Below, in pieces: positions 14,533-14,803 of a stretch of DNA of 14,803 nucleotides. Each line of letters starts with the position of its first letter. The stretch's first letter is position 1. The notes below the pieces were generated by a model. The model ran no database searches. It had not been told where the DNA came from and worked only from the letters and a program-made list of their open reading frames with translations. The DNA is from Candidatus Diapherotrites archaeon CG08_land_8_20_14_0_20_30_16 (GTDB lineage Archaea; Iainarchaeota; Iainarchaeia; Iainarchaeales; 0-14-0-20-30-16): contig PEXK01000041.1 of assembly GCA_002779075.1 (NCBI GenBank), positions 1 to 14,803 on the forward strand, in the 5' to 3' direction. The position numbers and the translations under genes are program-made.

Positions 14533-14803
14533 CTAAGTTCTTAATTGCCTTACGGCTTGTCTTCTTTCTCTTTTTTTATCTCGTTCCTGCAGTTTCAACT
14601 GAGCTAATGCTTCAGTTTTTGGAAGAGGGTCTTTCTGTAAAACAAATCTTTCCATCCCTGGAATTAGTTCAGTAGTGTGAGGATTTATTTTTACTCTTGC
14701 ATTAGGATTTGGTCTCTTTAATTTGTCTAATGCAAATCTTGCTTGTCTAATTAAATCTTCATTTCTTGTTGCTTCGCAAAACATATTCAAAAAACCATTT
14801 ACA
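14533..14803 (-). CDS. Hypothetical basic protein, probably 5'-truncated by the right window edge
   Basis: The frame stays open from the window edge (upstream in-frame codons VNGF precede the TTG at 14790 called by the track). The C-terminus is R/K/Q-rich (QERDKKRERRQAVRQLRT). The region looks somewhat more GC-rich than its neighbours. I recognise no family. Confidence 0.4.
   Translation of the reverse strand, partial: VNGFLNMFCEATRNEDLIRQARFALDKLKRPNPNARVKINPHTTELIPGMERFVLQKDPLPKTEALAQLKLQERDKKRERRQAVRQLRT

Noticed and set aside
1-14803. Search for CRISPR arrays, tRNA/rRNA genes, reverse transcriptase/DGR template-variable repeat pairs, integrases or transposases
   Set aside because: I saw no regularly spaced direct repeats and no tRNA-like cloverleaf candidates in the short spacers; the only strongly structured spacer, 4895-4972, lacks T-loop and acceptor features. 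No ORF carries RT, integrase or transposase motifs.

Overview
This is a visibly AT-rich (roughly 70% A+T by eye), densely packed archaeal chromosomal window. Archaeal hallmark genes are recognisable by motif: ribosomal protein L21e, RNA polymerase subunit Rpo4/F, DUF655/COG1491, Rio1 kinase, the aDim2p/Pno1-like KH protein, and topoisomerase VI B and A. Small divergent proteins, low GC and several toxin-antitoxin cassettes suggest a DPANN-like or similarly reduced low-GC archaeon; that is inference only. Layout, left to right: (i) a minus-strand envelope module of an LtaS/alkaline-phosphatase-superfamily membrane transferase, a processive GT2 synthase and a membrane-anchored thioredoxin-fold protein, with a MITE-like element in its only long spacer; (ii) a plus-strand ribosome-biogenesis and transcription supercluster L21e-Rpo4-DUF655-[orphan ORF]-Rio1-[basic-tailed class I methyltransferase]-aDim2p-PurB, with a structured RNA element and duplicated translation-initiation modules in its spacers; (iii) a MazEF cassette next to a truncated RhuM gene; (iv) a top6B-Nudix-top6A operon; (v) a ParE/RelE-ParD-like cassette; (vi) an edge-truncated basic ORF. 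I found no rRNA, tRNA or CRISPR array. The best candidate for something undescribed is the fused Rio1-methyltransferase-Dim2 block together with the orphan ORF in the position normally held by KsgA/Dim1. Second-tier candidates are the GT2 plus AP-superfamily transferase polymer module and the Nudix gene embedded in the Topo VI operon. All homology calls come from motif recognition by eye, not from searches.
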